From positions 1-39,599 of IMG/VR virus record IMGVR_UViG_3300025723_000084: a stretch of DNA of 39,599 bases. One strand, 5' to 3'. The DNA is from a virus. Taxonomy: Duplodnaviria > Caudoviricetes. A program made the translations under genes and the position numbers. The notes beneath the pieces were generated by a model. It had not been told where the DNA came from and ran no database searches. It saw only the letters and a program-made list of their open reading frames with translations. This document shows, piece after piece, positions 1-9,491 of the stretch. Every line of letters starts with the position of its first letter. The stretch's first letter is position 1.

Positions 1-50
1 TTCCAGAAGTATGTAATCCTATTGTTGTTGTATTACCAGCACTTCTGGAA
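1..50. repeat. 10-bp perfect inverted repeat flanking a 30-bp segment
   Basis: ttccagaagt (1-10) and acttctggaa (41-50). Confidence 0.9.
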
Positions 51-3000
51 ACAGCATAACTACTGGCACACAAGTAGTAGGTGGAAGTACACCTCAAGCA
101 GGTAATGCATTAACAGTAACTGGCAATGGTTATATCAGTGGTAATGCAAATACAATAGGTACTCATACTGCAGGATTTATTACAGTAACAAATAATGCTA
201 CGATTAATGGAAATACTTTTGTATTAGGAAATCATGTTATCGGCAGTATTGGTACCACTGCACAAAGTGGATATTTATTAACAGTAAATGGTAATAGTTA
301 TACAAGTGGCACTCATAACATGGGCACAGCTACTTTTGCTAATGGTATAGTAGGTGTTGGATCAGCAACTGCAGGTAATATACTTACAATTTACGGTAAT
401 AGTTATATAACAGGAACACATACCGCAGTATCAAGTATTGTAGGTACAGGTAGTACATCATCAACTGCATTACAAGTTAATGGAATAATAAATGTAACAG
501 GTAATGCTAGTATTGGTAATATCAATGCAGTTAATAGTATGACCGGTAATATTGTTACTTTAGCAGGTGATGTATCTGGTAATTCACTTATAACTGCAGG
601 TGCAGTAAGAATTGCAACAAATCATACAGTTGGTGGAAATAGCTCATTATTACAATTTGTTTCTATAGGTGCAAACATTGCGGTAACTAGCGGAACAATT
701 AATTCACCAAGCACAGGACAAGTTACATTAACATTCACAAACCCACAACCATATCCACCGTTCTATCCAACTCAATCAATTCAATTGTCAGGTTTCACAC
801 CAAGTAGTTATAATGGGGTTGATTTCCCAGTAGTATCATGTACTACTACACAAGTTGTGTTTACTTTGGCTAGTCCTGTATCAATAACAGGCACAGGTAA
901 TGTCAGAAGTTCAGGCACATCATTGTCACTACAAGGTAGCATGACACTCGTAGGTAATCATCAAGTAAACGGAACAGTAATTGCAGCTGCATCACAGTTC
1001 AGTAATATGAATGCTGGACTAGCAAATATCACAGGCAATACTACAATTGGTGGTGTTGCTAATGTTGCTGGTAATTTAATAGTTTTAGGTAATGCTAATG
1101 TTGCCGGTAATACAATTCTTCAAGGTAACTTAACATCTTTGAATCATACTATGGCTAACTTAAATGCTTTAGGTAATGCTAGTATCACTGGAAATGTATC
1201 AGCTAATAATTTCTCAGGTAATGTATTTACTGCAACACTATTTACAGGAAATGGTTCAAGTTTAACTAATGTACCCGGCGCTAATATTACTGGTCAAGTA
1301 CCAAACGCATTGGTTTCAGGTACAGTATATGCATCAGCACAATCTAATATTACTAGTTTAGGAACGTTATCAGGTTTAACATTAAATGGAACATTGAATG
1401 GTAAAGATGCAGTATTTGCAGGCAATATTACTTCTACAGGCAACATTACTGCAGGTAATTTAATATTGACAGGTACAGTTCAAACACAAAATTATTCAGT
1501 TATCGATGTTCAAAATAGTTTAATCATTGTAGGTACTGCATCAGGTGGAGGTCCATTAGTTGCTAACTCAGGCTTTGATGTTGGTTTAGTATTGAATTAT
1601 TTTACAACACAACAAGTTTCAGCATTTGCAGGTTGGAAAGACAATGCACAAGAATTTCAGTTTGCGAGCAATTCAACTGTATTAGGACAAAACATTACTG
1701 TTAATAGCTTAGGTAACATTCGTGCAGGTAATGCTAACTTAGGTAATTTAATATCTTCAAATTTTTACACAGGTGTATTAACTACAAATATACAACCTAA
1801 TATTACTAGTGTAGGTACATTAAGTACATTGAATGTTACAGGTAATATCAGCTCGTCCGGTAATATCATTGGTATACATTATGGTGATGGAAGTCACTTA
1901 ACAGGTCTCAATACATGGAATTATACACAAAATCAAAATATCATTGCCAATGGATTTACAATTACTGGGTTGCCTTCATTGTCAGTAAGTGGAACTGTCA
2001 CAGGTACTACATTCTCTGGTTCAGGTGCTAGTTTAACAAATCTACCTGCTGGGAACATTGTAGGTAGTATTGCTTCAGCAGGAACAGTTACGGCAAGTGC
2101 TCAACCTAATATCACTAGTGTAGGTACATTAAGTAGTTTAAGTGTAACGGGCACTGTTACAGCAGGTACATTAAGTGGTAGTCATACTGGGTCAGGTGCT
2201 GGATTATCAAGTCTTACAGGCTCAAATGTTACAGGTCAAGTTAATTTTGCTGCAACTGCAAATGCAGTAGCAGGTGCAAATGTAAGTGGACAAGTTAGTA
2301 ATGCATTAGTAGCAGGCACAGTATATACTGGTGCTCAACCTAATATTACAAGTATCGGTACATTAAGTAGTTTAAGTGTAACAGGTACTGTAACAGCAGG
2401 TACATTTAGCGGTAGTCATAGTGGTTCAGGTGCTGGACTAACTAGTATTCCTGCTAGTGCAATTTCCGGTACTGTTGCAAGCGCAACAACTGCTACCACT
2501 GCTACTTCTGCAACAACTGCTACTTCTGCAACAACTGCTACCACTGCTACTAATCTAAGTGGAGGTACAGTTATCGCTACTTCAGTATCAGCTACTGGAA
2601 ACATTTCTACAAGTAATTATCTGCTTGGTAATGCTTATTACATGACAGGTATAAATTTTTCTGGTTCTATAGCTTGGTCACAAATCACAACTGGATCTCG
2701 CCCAACTACAGTTGCAGGTTATGGTATTACTGATGCAGTAAGTACTAGTATGTTAAGTGGTTATGCAACAACTTCAAGTTTGAGTGGTTATGCAACAACT
2801 TCAAGTTTAGGTAGTTATGCAACACAAAGCTATGTTACTAGTCAGGGCTATTTAACATCTGCAAGTTTAGGTAGCTATGCGACAACTTCAAGCTTAAATA
2901 ATTATTTACCACTTACAGGTGGAACTATCAGTCAAAACTTAACTATAACAGGCAATTTAACTGTCTCAGGTGCCTCAGGTATATATGCAAGTTATAATAT

Positions 3001-3313
3001 TACTGCTTATAGTGATGATAGATTAAAAACTAAATTAGGTAACATTGAAAGTGCACTAGACAAGATTGATCAATTATCTGGCTTCTATTATGAAGCAAAT
3101 GAAACTGCACAAGAAATGGGATTTAAAAAGAAACGTGAAGTAGGTCTTAGTGCACAACAAACCCAACAAGTTATGCCTGAAACAGTAGTAAATATTCCAA
3201 ATACTGATTACTTAACAATTATGTATGAAAAATTAATGCCACTGGTTATAGAAGGTATTAAAGAACTAAGACAAGAAATCAAAGAAATTAAACAACAATT
3301 AAAAGGTGAATAA
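41..3313 (+). CDS. Long tail fibre protein with C-terminal intramolecular chaperone (peptidase S74) domain; probably 5'-truncated
   Basis: The frame of the 320 ATG is open from position 17 and is fibre-like from ~41. It has G/N/T/S-rich repeats (AQPNITSVGTL) and the phage tail motif RPTTVAGYGITDA. The C-terminus has YSDDRLK...GLSAQQ...VMPE...YEKLMPLVIEGIKEL plus a coiled coil, the S74 signature. Confidence 0.88.
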   Translation, partial: TSGNSITTGTQVVGGSTPQAGNALTVTGNGYISGNANTIGTHTAGFITVTNNATINGNTFVLGNHVIGSIGTTAQSGYLLTVNGNSYTSGTHNMGTATFANGIVGVGSATAGNILTIYGNSYITGTHTAVSSIVGTGSTSSTALQVNGIINVTGNASIGNINAVNSMTGNIVTLAGDVSGNSLITAGAVRIATNHTVGGNSSLLQFVSIGANIAVTSGTINSPSTGQVTLTFTNPQPYPPFYPTQSIQLSGFTPSSYNGVDFPVVSCTTTQVVFTLASPVSITGTGNVRSSGTSLSLQGSMTLVGNHQVNGTVIAAASQFSNMNAGLANITGNTTIGGVANVAGNLIVLGNANVAGNTILQGNLTSLNHTMANLNALGNASITGNVSANNFSGNVFTATLFTGNGSSLTNVPGANITGQVPNALVSGTVYASAQSNITSLGTLSGLTLNGTLNGKDAVFAGNITSTGNITAGNLILTGTVQTQNYSVIDVQNSLIIVGTASGGGPLVANSGFDVGLVLNYFTTQQVSAFAGWKDNAQEFQFASNSTVLGQNITVNSLGNIRAGNANLGNLISSNFYTGVLTTNIQPNITSVGTLSTLNVTGNISSSGNIIGIHYGDGSHLTGLNTWNYTQNQNIIANGFTITGLPSLSVSGTVTGTTFSGSGASLTNLPAGNIVGSIASAGTVTASAQPNITSVGTLSSLSVTGTVTAGTLSGSHTGSGAGLSSLTGSNVTGQVNFAATANAVAGANVSGQVSNALVAGTVYTGAQPNITSIGTLSSLSVTGTVTAGTFSGSHSGSGAGLTSIPASAISGTVASATTATTATSATTATSATTATTATNLSGGTVIATSVSATGNISTSNYLLGNAYYMTGINFSGSIAWSQITTGSRPTTVAGYGITDAVSTSMLSGYATTSSLSGYATTSSLGSYATQSYVTSQGYLTSASLGSYATTSSLNNYLPLTGGTISQNLTITGNLTVSGASGIYASYNITAYSDDRLKTKLGNIESALDKIDQLSGFYYEANETAQEMGFKKKREVGLSAQQTQQVMPETVVNIPNTDYLTIMYEKLMPLVIEGIKELRQEIKEIKQQLKGE
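2483..2551 (+). repeat. 9-nt-period tandem repeat encoding (ATT/ATS)n
   Basis: gcaacaact gctaccact gctacttct... translates to ATTATTATSATTATSATTATTAT. Confidence 0.85.
2756..2825 (+). repeat. 27-nt tandem repeat encoding SGYATTSSL
   Basis: agtggttatgcaacaacttcaagtttR occurs twice, followed by a degenerate copy. Confidence 0.85.
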
Positions 3314-3933
3314 TGATTACAGTAGATATATTACAACAGTTGTGTCCTAAAACAAAAAAATCTGTTTTAGAGTTATATGCAACTCCAGTACATGAGGTTG
3401 CAGAATACTATGACATGTATGTAAACATGAATAGAGCAGCCGGATTTGTTGCACAAATTGCACATGAATCAGGTGGATTTAATTTTGTAAAAGAAAATTT
3501 GAACTACGGTGCAGCTGGATTGATGAATACATTTAAAAAGTATTTTCCAAATCAAGAAATTGCAAATCAATACCAAAGACAACCTGAAAAGATTGCCAAT
3601 CGTGTTTATGCCAATCGTATGGGCAATGGAGATGAAGATAGCGGTGATGGATATCGTTTCTGTGGTCGTGGACTAATTCAATTGACTGGTCGCAACAACT
3701 ATACAAAGTTTGCTAGTGATTTAGGCATTAGCGTAGAAGATACAGTTGCATACTTAGAAACACCAGCCGGAGCAGTATCTAGTGCAGGTTGGTTCTGGGA
3801 TCAAAACAATTTGAATCAATATTGTGATTCAAATGATTTTGTTACATTAACAAAACGTATCAATGGTGGTACAATTGGTTTAGAAGATAGACAACAACAT
3901 TACAAACTTGCATTGCAATTGTTACAAGGATAA
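3313..3933 (+). CDS. Glycoside hydrolase family 19 lysozyme/endolysin (chitinase-like)
   Basis: Motifs AQIAHESGGF, ENLNY, IANRVYANRMGNG, GRGLIQLTGRNNY and TKRINGG.IGLEDR; TAATG coupling to the fibre gene. Confidence 0.93.
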   Translation: MITVDILQQLCPKTKKSVLELYATPVHEVAEYYDMYVNMNRAAGFVAQIAHESGGFNFVKENLNYGAAGLMNTFKKYFPNQEIANQYQRQPEKIANRVYANRMGNGDEDSGDGYRFCGRGLIQLTGRNNYTKFASDLGISVEDTVAYLETPAGAVSSAGWFWDQNNLNQYCDSNDFVTLTKRINGGTIGLEDRQQHYKLALQLLQG

Positions 3934-3935
3934 AT

Positions 3936-6110
3936 ATGGTTAATCCTGTATGGCAAACGACCGGTGGTGATTTAGGACAATACTTTACTGATAGTCCTTT
4001 AAATATTCAATTGGTTGCCAATCCTGTATTACCTTCAACACAAGTATACTATACACTACTTAGTGGTAACTTACCAAACGGATTAATAGATAGTCCTGTC
4101 GTTCTAGATTACTACACAGGTGTTATTTCAGGTATTCCTGATAATATTATTGATGAAACTGTTTTTAGTTTTACAGTAAGAGCAACTGATGATTTCAACA
4201 ATATTAGAGATAGAACATTTAGTATTACAATTGTTGGTAGTAATAAACCGTATTTCTATACTCCTGCCGGAGAGATATTAAATGTAACTGATAGTGCATA
4301 TGTTAGATATGATATACAATTTGTTAATAACATATCAACTAATAAAATTTTTATATCTGTGACAGGTGGAATGCTGCCACCTGGATTACAAATATTACCA
4401 GAAGGTACTATCATAGGTTATCCTTTACCACCTTTGACTGTAGTTGGATCACCAACGATAATAACTTATAATTTCACATTACAATTATCTAGCCAATTAG
4501 GTAATGATACATGTAACTATAGTATCACAGTAAAAAATCAGACAATCAATCAATTACCTAAACAAAGAAAACCTGCTATACTAAATGTATATCCTTTGAT
4601 GACTCCTGTTCCATTGTCAGATCCTTATTTTGAATTTTATATAACAGATGGCAAATCATTGCCTACAGTTAACAGTGGAGATTTTTTTGCATTTAAAGTT
4701 ATAGGATATGATTTTGATAAAGAAGAATTGACATATAACTTTGTTAATCTACCGCCAGGTTTAGTTGGCGATATACATACAGGTTGGATAACTGGTGTTA
4801 TGACATTACCAACATTAGGAAAAACAAGTTACAATTTTAGTGTAACTGTACATAAAACGGTAAATATAACTTTGTCTAGTGATGTATTAGATTTGTCTGT
4901 TACTATTATAAATTCATTAACACCAAACGTATCTTGGATTTCAAATAGCAATTTAGGTACAATCAACAATGCTACAATTAGTGAATTCAGTATACAGGCA
5001 ACGTCTAGTGAAACATTAAATTATCAATTGATGTACGGAGAGTTACCGCCTAACCTAATATTATTGCCAACTGGTGAAATTGTAGGTCGTGTGGCACAGC
5101 AAGCTAGTAAAAAATATATGAATTTAGGCGACACAGTATCATATACTTTTGGTGTTATGGCTTATAGTCCAATACACCACTTGATAACTGATACCCGAGA
5201 ATTTACAATAACAGTCTATCATAGCTATCAAGAACCATTTGAAAATATATATATTAAAGCATTCCCTGACACTAGTGGAAGAGAAATATTGTACTCATTA
5301 TTAAATGATGACACATTGATACCCACAACATCACTATACAGACCTACTGATCCATATTTTGGTAAAGCAATAGATGTAACATGTGTGCATGCATATGGAA
5401 TGTTGGTTGCAGATGCAAATGCATATACTATCGCACTACAACAAAATCATTATACAAGAAAAATTATATTAGGTGAGCTACAGGTTGCAGTGGCAAGAGA
5501 TAATAACTTCAACATAATATATGAAGTTGTATATTGTAAATTAGTTGATGATTTGAGTTTGAACCAAGACACTTCATTACCACAAACAATTACATGGTCT
5601 AGAAATATTAATTTGAAAGAGAATTCAGCGTATGTAAATAATCCAAACTTAACAATCAATGATATAAGTCTTACTACTACATCAAATCCAAGTTATGTTA
5701 GATTTTTAAATCCTGCTAGTTTAATTAATATGCGAACACAAATAACAGGTGTTATAGGTAGATACTTAGACAATAGTGTGTTGCCAAGTTGGATGACTAG
5801 TCAGCAATTAAATGGTCAACCTTTAGGATTCTTAGAATCATGGGTATTGTGTTATGCACTACCCGGAAAAGGTCAAGAAATAGTTGATAATATCAATAGT
5901 AACTGGCCACATACATTAAACCAAATTGATTTCACAGTTGATAGGTATATGATTGATAAAAGTTTTAGTTATAACTACAACACAAATTTTGTCTATCCAT
6001 TCTGGAGTAACTTACCAAGTGCTAGCCCTGTACCAAATCCATTGCATGCTAATGATTTGCCTGTATTATTCCCGAGAAAAACAATTCTACCGTCTATCAA
6101 TAAAAACTAA
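3936..6110 (+). CDS. Virion structural protein with repeated putative Ig-like (He_PIG-type) domains, probably baseplate/tail
   Basis: Repeated G.LP.GL...TG.I.G.P and Y.FTV.A strands; located in the tail region. Confidence 0.7.
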   Translation: MVNPVWQTTGGDLGQYFTDSPLNIQLVANPVLPSTQVYYTLLSGNLPNGLIDSPVVLDYYTGVISGIPDNIIDETVFSFTVRATDDFNNIRDRTFSITIVGSNKPYFYTPAGEILNVTDSAYVRYDIQFVNNISTNKIFISVTGGMLPPGLQILPEGTIIGYPLPPLTVVGSPTIITYNFTLQLSSQLGNDTCNYSITVKNQTINQLPKQRKPAILNVYPLMTPVPLSDPYFEFYITDGKSLPTVNSGDFFAFKVIGYDFDKEELTYNFVNLPPGLVGDIHTGWITGVMTLPTLGKTSYNFSVTVHKTVNITLSSDVLDLSVTIINSLTPNVSWISNSNLGTINNATISEFSIQATSSETLNYQLMYGELPPNLILLPTGEIVGRVAQQASKKYMNLGDTVSYTFGVMAYSPIHHLITDTREFTITVYHSYQEPFENIYIKAFPDTSGREILYSLLNDDTLIPTTSLYRPTDPYFGKAIDVTCVHAYGMLVADANAYTIALQQNHYTRKIILGELQVAVARDNNFNIIYEVVYCKLVDDLSLNQDTSLPQTITWSRNINLKENSAYVNNPNLTINDISLTTTSNPSYVRFLNPASLINMRTQITGVIGRYLDNSVLPSWMTSQQLNGQPLGFLESWVLCYALPGKGQEIVDNINSNWPHTLNQIDFTVDRYMIDKSFSYNYNTNFVYPFWSNLPSASPVPNPLHANDLPVLFPRKTILPSINKN

Positions 6111-6113
6111 ATA
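6106..6113 (+). promoter_or_regulatory. Putative T4-like late promoter (ACTAAATA)
   Basis: TAAATA core upstream of the 6130 gene; the motif recurs before many genes. Confidence 0.45.
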
Positions 6114-6129
6114 AGTTACAGGAAGTAAT

Positions 6130-7017
6130 ATGAGTAATATAAACACAAGTACAATCAACACATCTTTCCCAGTACCGGGAACAAATAATAGTACACAAGG
6201 ATTTAGAGATAATTTCACAAGCATAAGTACCAACCTAGATACTGCAGCTTCAGAAATTAGTGATTTGCAAAACAAAGCAATACTAAAAACTGCGCTTAAT
6301 GGTACGATCATTAATAATGATATGGCAAATACTATTATTAGTAATGCACAAACAAAAGGGTTTCGTGCTAGTAGTTACAATTTGGGCAGTAGTTTGCCTG
6401 TAAACCCTAATGTTATTGTTATTGATGTTAGTAGTGCTGATGTTCATTTTGGTGTATTAGCTGGAAATACAAGCTTTATATTTGGTGGATGGAGCCCAAC
6501 TAGTACACAAAGCAAAATAGAATTGCATTTATTTGTTGATATAGCCAATACTGCTCCTGGGTCAACAATCAGTTTTCCAAATACTACATATAACTCTAGT
6601 GGTGTTGTGTTGAATGGCATGACAAAAGCTACACAATACCTTGAAAACTATAGCGCATTGTATGTTGGTACAGTAGGTGCTAACAATACTAGTGTTACAA
6701 ATGGGTCAACCGCTGTATTTGGGCCCAACAGTACAATGAATAATGTTGTGCATACGAATACAGTTACTATACCGGCAGGCGTAGTAGAACTTCAATATGA
6801 ATTTGTGAGCTTAGATTGCGGTACAACAATTGATGTTAGACCATTAAATCGTGGACATAAGGCAAGTTCAATTACAGTAAGAACACCTGGTGCTACTGGT
6901 TTACAAGGTGATGTACCCGGTACAATATGTAGTGATGGCACAAATATGTATTTGTGTGTTTTACCATATGATGGCACTACAGTTATTTGGAAAAAGATCA
7001 CACTAGCAAATATATAA
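6130..7017 (+). CDS. Putative virion structural (tail/baseplate-associated) protein
   Basis: N-terminal FPVPG.NNSTQGFRDNF..I..NL helix; beta-rich N/T/S body; C-terminal G.ICSDG..MYLC...WKK tail-type motif. Confidence 0.6.
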   Translation: MSNINTSTINTSFPVPGTNNSTQGFRDNFTSISTNLDTAASEISDLQNKAILKTALNGTIINNDMANTIISNAQTKGFRASSYNLGSSLPVNPNVIVIDVSSADVHFGVLAGNTSFIFGGWSPTSTQSKIELHLFVDIANTAPGSTISFPNTTYNSSGVVLNGMTKATQYLENYSALYVGTVGANNTSVTNGSTAVFGPNSTMNNVVHTNTVTIPAGVVELQYEFVSLDCGTTIDVRPLNRGHKASSITVRTPGATGLQGDVPGTICSDGTNMYLCVLPYDGTTVIWKKITLANI

Positions 7018-7054
7018 AATATTATGGTTAAGTTTTTGTTAATTAAATATTAAC

Positions 7055-7291
7055 ATGGAACACCCTTTTATTTCTGGTCTAAACCAACTTTCAACTGAAG
7101 AACTACAAGAAAAAATCTCAGGACTAAATGCTAAATTAACATTTAGCACTAGAATGCATAACCACAATCTAAGCGGGCAAATATTAATGGCTCTAGAAAG
7201 TTACAAGAATGAGTATGCAAGACGAATGGATGAGTTGTATAAAAAACAAAACATACAGAATAATATCCAAATTTCTAAAGATAACAAATGA
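7055..7291 (+). CDS. Hypothetical helical protein
   Basis: 78-aa ORF; ATTAAATA (7042-7049) lies 5 nt upstream; ATGA overlap with the next gene. Confidence 0.75.
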   Translation: MEHPFISGLNQLSTEELQEKISGLNAKLTFSTRMHNHNLSGQILMALESYKNEYARRMDELYKKQNIQNNIQISKDNK

Positions 7292-7905
7292 CAGCAAGAA
7301 TACAAAGAAGTTTTGACTTACTCGTAGGGGTACATTTTAATAGTAAATTTCACATCAATGTTTATGAAATTGAATTATTTTTTAATGTTGAAACCGAATC
7401 AATCAAGGAACAAAACATTGCGTTAGAAAGAATCAAATATTTTCTCAATGAGGTTTTAGAGAATTCTATTCTCTGTGAACAATCTAAAGACAAAGTAATA
7501 CATGATTATCTTAATGCAGGAATGAAAGTATGTACATTACCAGAAGAACCTTATGACCAAATCATTGGTATTATGTTACTTGTAAAATGTAATGCAATAG
7601 CAGAGGGTAGACTAGTGGTGACAGACATATCAATTAGTTCAAGAATGAGCGATGGTGTTAGTTGTTCTCATAGTTTAGATGATAATATGGGTCCTTTCTT
7701 TGACAAAGGTTGGTGGGAAGAATCATCTACCAAAATCAATAACGGTCTTATCAATAGCAAAGGTAAAAAGATTGTACGACTAACCAAACCTATACAAGAC
7801 TGGTCAGATATATTCTTAGATTGGTCTACCAAAGAGTCTAAACTAGAAGAATTTAATGCAAGTGAAGTTGTTTTTGTTGAGTTTGGGTCAAAGACCGAAA
7901 AATAA
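7288..7905 (+). CDS. Hypothetical protein, possibly a degenerate T-fold (QueD-like)
   Basis: 205-aa coupled ORF. The pattern Y.I.L.F / LERIKYFLNEVLENSIL / EEPYDQII / VVTDISIS resembles QueD topology without the catalytic His/Cys. Confidence 0.6.
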   Translation: MTARIQRSFDLLVGVHFNSKFHINVYEIELFFNVETESIKEQNIALERIKYFLNEVLENSILCEQSKDKVIHDYLNAGMKVCTLPEEPYDQIIGIMLLVKCNAIAEGRLVVTDISISSRMSDGVSCSHSLDDNMGPFFDKGWWEESSTKINNGLINSKGKKIVRLTKPIQDWSDIFLDWSTKESKLEEFNASEVVFVEFGSKTEK

Positions 7906-7908
7906 TAC

Positions 7909-7936
7909 TTGCATTTATTGAGTAATATGTTATAAT
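7909..7936 (+). promoter_or_regulatory. Sigma70-type promoter with extended -10
   Basis: TTGCAT (7909-7914), 16-bp spacer, TGnTATAAT (-10 at 7931-7936); ATG follows 6 nt later. Confidence 0.7.
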
Positions 7937-7942
7937 ATATTG

Positions 7943-8449
7943 ATGTATAATGATCAATATGGAAGACAAGTTTTAACAGAAACTGATATATGCAATGCAT
8001 ATATGGTTGATACGGACATTGTATTAAAGAATGCGTTGATTGAAAAATCTATCAAATTCGACAATTCTCTAAATATCTCAAATGTACCGACTACTATTGT
8101 TTATAAACCAGAAACAATGTCTATAAATAGTTTTGATGAATTATGTCAAAACTCTTGGTTTATGCCTGAGGAATACATCAATTTTAATATAGCACAATAT
8201 GTATTAGATTTGTGTGTAACTGAGGTAGAGTTACAAAGAGTGGGTGAAGAACTGATCATGTTCCAAGAACGTGAAATGTTTCCATTGTTGCGCTATTGTA
8301 AATATTTAGTAGACACCATGAGAAAACATAACATAGTTTGGGGAGTGGGTAGGGGAAGTAGTATAAGTAGTTATGTATTATACCTAATAGGTATACATAA
8401 AATCGACAGTATATACTATGATTTAGATATCAATGAATTTATTAAATAG
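7943..8449 (+). CDS. dnaE: DNA polymerase III alpha subunit (family C), stand-alone fragment of a split gene
   Basis: RVGEEL..F...FPLLRY..YLVD.MR..NIVWGVGRGSSISSYVLYLIGIHKID matches the DnaE GPGRGS..GSLVAY.LGIT..DP block. The ORF ends before the PDxDxD catalytic motif. Confidence 0.85.
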   Translation: MYNDQYGRQVLTETDICNAYMVDTDIVLKNALIEKSIKFDNSLNISNVPTTIVYKPETMSINSFDELCQNSWFMPEEYINFNIAQYVLDLCVTEVELQRVGEELIMFQEREMFPLLRYCKYLVDTMRKHNIVWGVGRGSSISSYVLYLIGIHKIDSIYYDLDINEFIK

Positions 8450-8458
8450 GAGATTAAA

Positions 8459-8785
8459 ATGGCAGATCAAAGAAGAACAGCATTGGGTAAGGTGGTTGAT
8501 ATGTCAATCATTTCAGCCAAACACGAAAAAACTCGTGCAGTAGGTAATATGGGTGTAAATGCAAGGGGCGACATCATCAACAGTAACAACCAAATTATCA
8601 GAGATAGAACTTCAAGAATAGAAAATCAAAATAATAAAAGTGTTAGTGGATTTGCAGATACAACCACTATACAAGCACCAAAACCACCTATGGAAGAGTT
8701 GTCAGCAAGTGAACTAGAGTTTGAACAGGATGACATTGAACTACAAGAAGAAGTTGTAAAAATTAAAAAATCAAATAAAGGATAA
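8459..8785 (+). CDS. Hypothetical protein with acidic C-terminus
   Basis: AGGAGA SD upstream; RAVGNMGVNARGD block. Confidence 0.8.
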   Translation: MADQRRTALGKVVDMSIISAKHEKTRAVGNMGVNARGDIINSNNQIIRDRTSRIENQNNKSVSGFADTTTIQAPKPPMEELSASELEFEQDDIELQEEVVKIKKSNKG

Positions 8786-8786
8786 C

Positions 8787-9158
8787 ATGAAGTTAGCATT
8801 CGAACCTCATAAAATTGAAAGAGATAAATTTTATCCAATTGGCAAGCATGTCATCGTGAGTGACATGGTGTTTGAAGAGAGAATATCTAGCGGTGGAATC
8901 ATTTTGTTAAATGATGACAAAAAGAGCGATGGTATTAGACCTCGTTGGGCACAAGTATATGCATTGGGTCCTAACTTTGAGGATGATGAAATTCAAATTG
9001 GTAAATGGATACTAATCAGTCATGGTCGTTGGACTCGCGGTATTGATGTAGAAGATGAAACGGGTAAGAAAACGTTGCGTAGAGTTGATACAAATGATAT
9101 ACTCTTAGTTAGTGATGAACCAGTAAATGACACAACAATGAGTGATAAGGTAATATAA
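8787..9158 (+). CDS. groES: GroES/Cpn10-like co-chaperonin
   Basis: YPIGKHVIV..., mobile loop SSGGIILL, VYALGP, IQIG..ILI, and ..DILLV. Confidence 0.85.
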   Translation: MKLAFEPHKIERDKFYPIGKHVIVSDMVFEERISSGGIILLNDDKKSDGIRPRWAQVYALGPNFEDDEIQIGKWILISHGRWTRGIDVEDETGKKTLRRVDTNDILLVSDEPVNDTTMSDKVI

Positions 9159-9430
9159 TGAGTTGGTTAAAAAATAAACTAAGAAATTGGTTGAATAGTG
9201 ACGAGTTGATTGAATTATCAACAGTTAAAGCTAGTAGAAGTAGAGACAGTCTACAATCTACGGGTATGAACTTTACAATTTATCAAGCAAATGGTGGTAC
9301 AATTGTTGAGACGAATCAGTATGATCATAAGACCGATAGAAATGACCGTAGCCTACACATTATCACTAATGAACAAGACTTGGGTCAAGGTATTGCACAT
9401 ATTGTAACTTTTGAAATGTTAAGACGATGA
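9158..9430 (+). CDS. Hypothetical protein
   Basis: 90-aa ORF, TAATG-coupled to groES. Confidence 0.75.
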   Translation: MSWLKNKLRNWLNSDELIELSTVKASRSRDSLQSTGMNFTIYQANGGTIVETNQYDHKTDRNDRSLHIITNEQDLGQGIAHIVTFEMLRR

Positions 9431-9464
9431 ATAATAAGCTTTGGGTCCAAAATATGTTTGTAGG

Positions 9465-9472
9465 CATAAATA
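9465..9472 (+). promoter_or_regulatory. Putative late promoter CATAAATA
   Basis: Followed by an AAGGAA SD and the ATG at 9492. Confidence 0.6.
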
Positions 9473-9491
9473 CTTTAACAAAGGAATATTT

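Noticed and set aside
3929-3936. GATAAATA as late promoter for the 3936 gene
   Set aside because: The motif overlaps the ATG itself and is better explained as GGA + TAA stop + spacer.
8447-8461. dnaE fragment ends in a rare TAG that is in frame with the next ORF (possible readthrough or stop recoding)
   Set aside because: The downstream ORF has no DnaE catalytic motifs and has its own AGGAGA SD. No other gene here appears broken by TAG, so there is no evidence for an alternative code.
9441-9491. TTG start at 9441 for the endonuclease
   Set aside because: Promoter motif and SD point to ATG 9492.
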